Assembly (NCBI GenBank): GCA_963846345.1
Contig: CAWJVP010000004.1
Location: forward strand, 311,848-375,847
Direction of reading: 5' to 3'
Length of the DNA: 64,000 nucleotides
From: an uncultured Alphaproteobacteria bacterium
Lineage (GTDB): Bacteria > Pseudomonadota > Alphaproteobacteria > Rhizobiales > Rhizobiaceae
In this document: piece by piece, positions 63,348 to 64,000 of the stretch
How positions within the stretch are numbered: position 1 is the first letter of the stretch
Layout: each line of letters opens with the position of its first letter
Program-made: the position numbers and the translations under genes
Notes under the pieces: model-generated
What the model saw: only the letters and a program-made list of their open reading frames with translations
Databases searched by the model: none
What the model was told of the DNA's origin: nothing

Positions 63348-64000
63348 ATGGGCGCCAGGACTACATCGCGGGTCATCGTCGTCGCCAACCAGAAGGGCGG
63401 GGTCGGCAAGACCACGACAACCATCAATCTCGGCCACGGCACTTGCCGCGGTCGGCAAGAATGTCCTGATCGTCGATCTCGATCCGCAGGGCAATGCTTC
63501 GACCGGCATCGGCATCGACAAGAACATGCGCGAGCGTTCGACATACGATCTGCTTACCGGATCTGCGATGCTCAAGGATGCTCTGGTGCCGACCGTGGTG
63601 CCGCGTCTTTATCTCGCGCCTTCGACACTCGACCTTCTCGGCGTCGAGATGGAAATTTCGGGCCTTCCCGACCGCGCCTACCGGATGCGCCGCGTGATTG
63701 AGGAATATATTCCTCGTGATCTGGCCTTCGACTACATCCTGATGGATTGCCCGCCATCGCTCAACCTGCTGACATTGAATGCCATGGCGGCGGCGCATGC
63801 ATTGCTCGTCCCGCTGCAGTGCGAGTTCTTCGCGCTCGAAGGGCTTAGCCAGCTCTTGCAGACCTACGAGCAGGTTCGCGGGAGCATCAATCCCGAGCTC
63901 GAACTGCAGGGTATCGTGCTGACCATGTATGACAGCCGCAACAACCTGTCCGACCAGGTTGTCGCCGATGTCCGGCAGTTTCTGGGCGACAAGGTCTACG
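63348..64000 (+). pseudogene. parA: Chromosome partitioning ATPase ParA; one frame slip at about 63440; 3' end outside the window
   Basis: VIVVANQKGGVGKTTTTINLG (63207..63701 frame). After the slip, hand-read ALAAVGKNVLIVDLDPQGNASTGIGI...DYILMDCPPSLNLLTLNAMAAAHALLVPLQCEFFALEGLSQL continues to the window end. Confidence 0.9.

Overview
This is a 64-kb high-GC segment whose gene content and order match an alphaproteobacterial (Rhizobiales/Hyphomicrobiales-type) core chromosome near the replication origin. Gene order, left to right: PBP1A end; BON/LysM; pckA divergent from chvI-chvG-hprK-EIIA(Man)-NPr; ahcY; divL; tsaE-kinase fusion plus MurU-like gene; addB-addA; trxA; folC-accD-trpA-trpB-trpF (minus); DUF45; DUF2852; phaZ; PaaI thioesterase; pyrF; FMN reductase; dnaJ-dnaK (minus); GT87-like; alkB; PAP2-like; coaA-hisE-hisF-hisA-hisH-DUF2628-hisB (minus); hslV-GNAT-hslU; DUF1402-like; XRE-smr-mltA-Tim44-like (minus); fxsA; secB; dnaQ-coaE-aroE-maf-ppsR-like (minus); a candidate oriC; hemE-hemJ; rho; YyaL-like; mnmE-mnmG-rsmG-parA with three parS-like sites. 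I recognised no rRNA, tRNA, CRISPR, transposase/integrase or phage genes. The dominant anomaly is that roughly half the genes, mainly the best-conserved housekeeping ones, are interrupted by 1-nt indel frame breaks while their neighbours are intact. I read this as sequence or assembly error rather than biology. Those loci are typed pseudogene, meaning only 'frame broken as sequenced'. I did not find a convincing new multi-gene system. The observations most worth a second look are the hemE-adjacent origin candidate, the parS sites, the DivL-type Tyr kinase, the TsaE-kinase fusion and a few conserved genes of unknown function. All calls rest on motif recognition by eye, and boundaries of broken genes are approximate.
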